A DNA stretch of 64,000 bases. Origin: Marispirochaeta sp. Lineage in GTDB: Bacteria > Spirochaetota > Spirochaetia > JC444 > Marispirochaetaceae. Every line of letters starts with the position of its first letter. Position 1 is the first letter of the stretch. Where the stretch lies: contig CAXXFF010000002.1 of assembly GCA_963676835.2 (NCBI GenBank), positions 576,001 to 640,000 of the forward strand, in the 5' to 3' direction. The notes below the pieces were generated by a model. It worked only from the letters and a program-made list of their open reading frames with translations, did not search any database and was not told the origin of the DNA. Below are positions 63,093 to 64,000 of the stretch, in pieces. Made by a program: the position numbers and the translations under genes.

Positions 63093-64000
63093 GTGAAAAC
63101 AGAAAAAGAATTGAGGCTGGAAATTTCCAACCTTGTTAAAGAATTTTTTGATGTTAAATTCGGGGAAAATACCTATATTCCGGGAGAAACACCTGTACGA
63201 TATGCAGGGCGTGTATTTGATGAGAAAGAGCTTCAGTCTCTGGTAGATTCTTCCCTGGATTTCTGGCTGACATCCGGTCGATACACAGAAGATTTTGAAG
63301 CAGAGTTTGCCGATCTTTTTGATCTTGAGTACGCTTTTTTGACCAATTCCGGATCTTCCGCAAATTTGCTTGCGTTTTCCGCCCTTACATCACCTTTGCT
63401 GGGGGATAAGAAACTGAAACCGGGGGATGAAGTTATCTCCGTTGCTGCAGGATTTCCTACGACAGTAAACCCGATTATCCAGCATGGTATGATTCCTGTT
63501 TTCGTTGATGTGGAGCTGGGAACATACAATATAAATCCGGAAGAGCTGAGAAAAGCGATCAGTCCCAAAACAAAAGCGATTTTTCTGGCCCATACACTGG
63601 GAAATCCTTACAATCTGGATGTTGTTCAGGAACTGGTTGAAGAGCACGATCTCTGGTTTATAGAGGATTGTTGTGATGCGCTCGGTTCAAAATATAAGGA
63701 CCGGATGCTGGGGACCTTTGGCCATATTGCCTCCTGTTCATTCTATCCTGCTCATCACATAACAATGGGAGAGGGCGGTGCGGTTGTTACTAATGATGAT
63801 GACCTGGCCAGGGCTGTGCGCTCAATTCGGGATTGGGGTCGGGACTGTTACTGTGCAGGAGGAGAAAACAATACCTGCGGTAAACGTTTTACCGGACAGT
63901 ATGGAACCCTCCCCAAAGGGTATGATCATAAGTATGTGTATTCTCATATCGGGTACAATCTGAAGGTTACCGATATGCAGGCTGCTATCGGCGTGGAGCA
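63093..64000 (+). CDS. rfbH: CDP-4-dehydro-6-deoxyglucose 3-dehydratase (E1), truncated by the window end and missing from the ORF track
   Basis: Translated by hand from GTG at 63093: [65 protein letters not shown]. Confidence 0.93.
   Translation, partial: MKTEKELRLEISNLVKEFFDVKFGENTYIPGETPVRYAGRVFDEKELQSLVDSSLDFWLTSGRYTEDFEAEFADLFDLEYAFLTNSGSSANLLAFSALTSPLLGDKKLKPGDEVISVAAGFPTTVNPIIQHGMIPVFVDVELGTYNINPEELRKAISPKTKAIFLAHTLGNPYNLDVVQELVEEHDLWFIEDCCDALGSKYKDRMLGTFGHIASCSFYPAHHITMGEGGAVVTNDDDLARAVRSIRDWGRDCYCAGGENNTCGKRFTGQYGTLPKGYDHKYVYSHIGYNLKVTDMQAAIGVE

Overview
This is the replication-origin region of a bacterial chromosome, most likely a member of the Spirochaetales. That placement is inferred from gene order (gyrA-gyrB divergent from dnaA-dnaN-recF-dciA-rpmH-rnpA-yidD-yidC-jag), an L34 C-terminal extension and tRNA-Arg(GCG). 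Left of the origin lie surface and lipoprotein genes, a BrnT-type toxin-antitoxin pair, an ABC transporter, gatCAB-aspS and a PilZ / HD-GYP / methyltransferase module. These are followed by a tRNA(Ser x4, Arg)-SRP RNA-dnaX-ebfC-recR unit, parAB and five parS sites. Right of the origin lie SAM-cycle genes (ahcY, metK, adenosine kinase, metF), a GxxExxY nuclease-fold gene, sulfotransferases with cysQ-cysD-cysNC, and the start of a surface-glycan locus (ugd, rml genes, ABC exporter, rfbH). The most notable observations are: (1) the GxxExxY gene is bracketed by two related 9-nt-periodic palindromic elements, suggesting a REP-type cassette; (2) the parS sites are embedded in a composite REP-like repeat; (3) dnaX has an A10 run with early stops in both shifted frames, a candidate tau/gamma recoding site; (4) a candidate methyltransferase-signal / c-di-GMP module; (5) a BrnA-like antitoxin fused to a YegP/DUF1508-like domain; (6) anti-tRNA sequences in tRNA trailers. 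All family calls come from motif recognition by eye; no searches were run.
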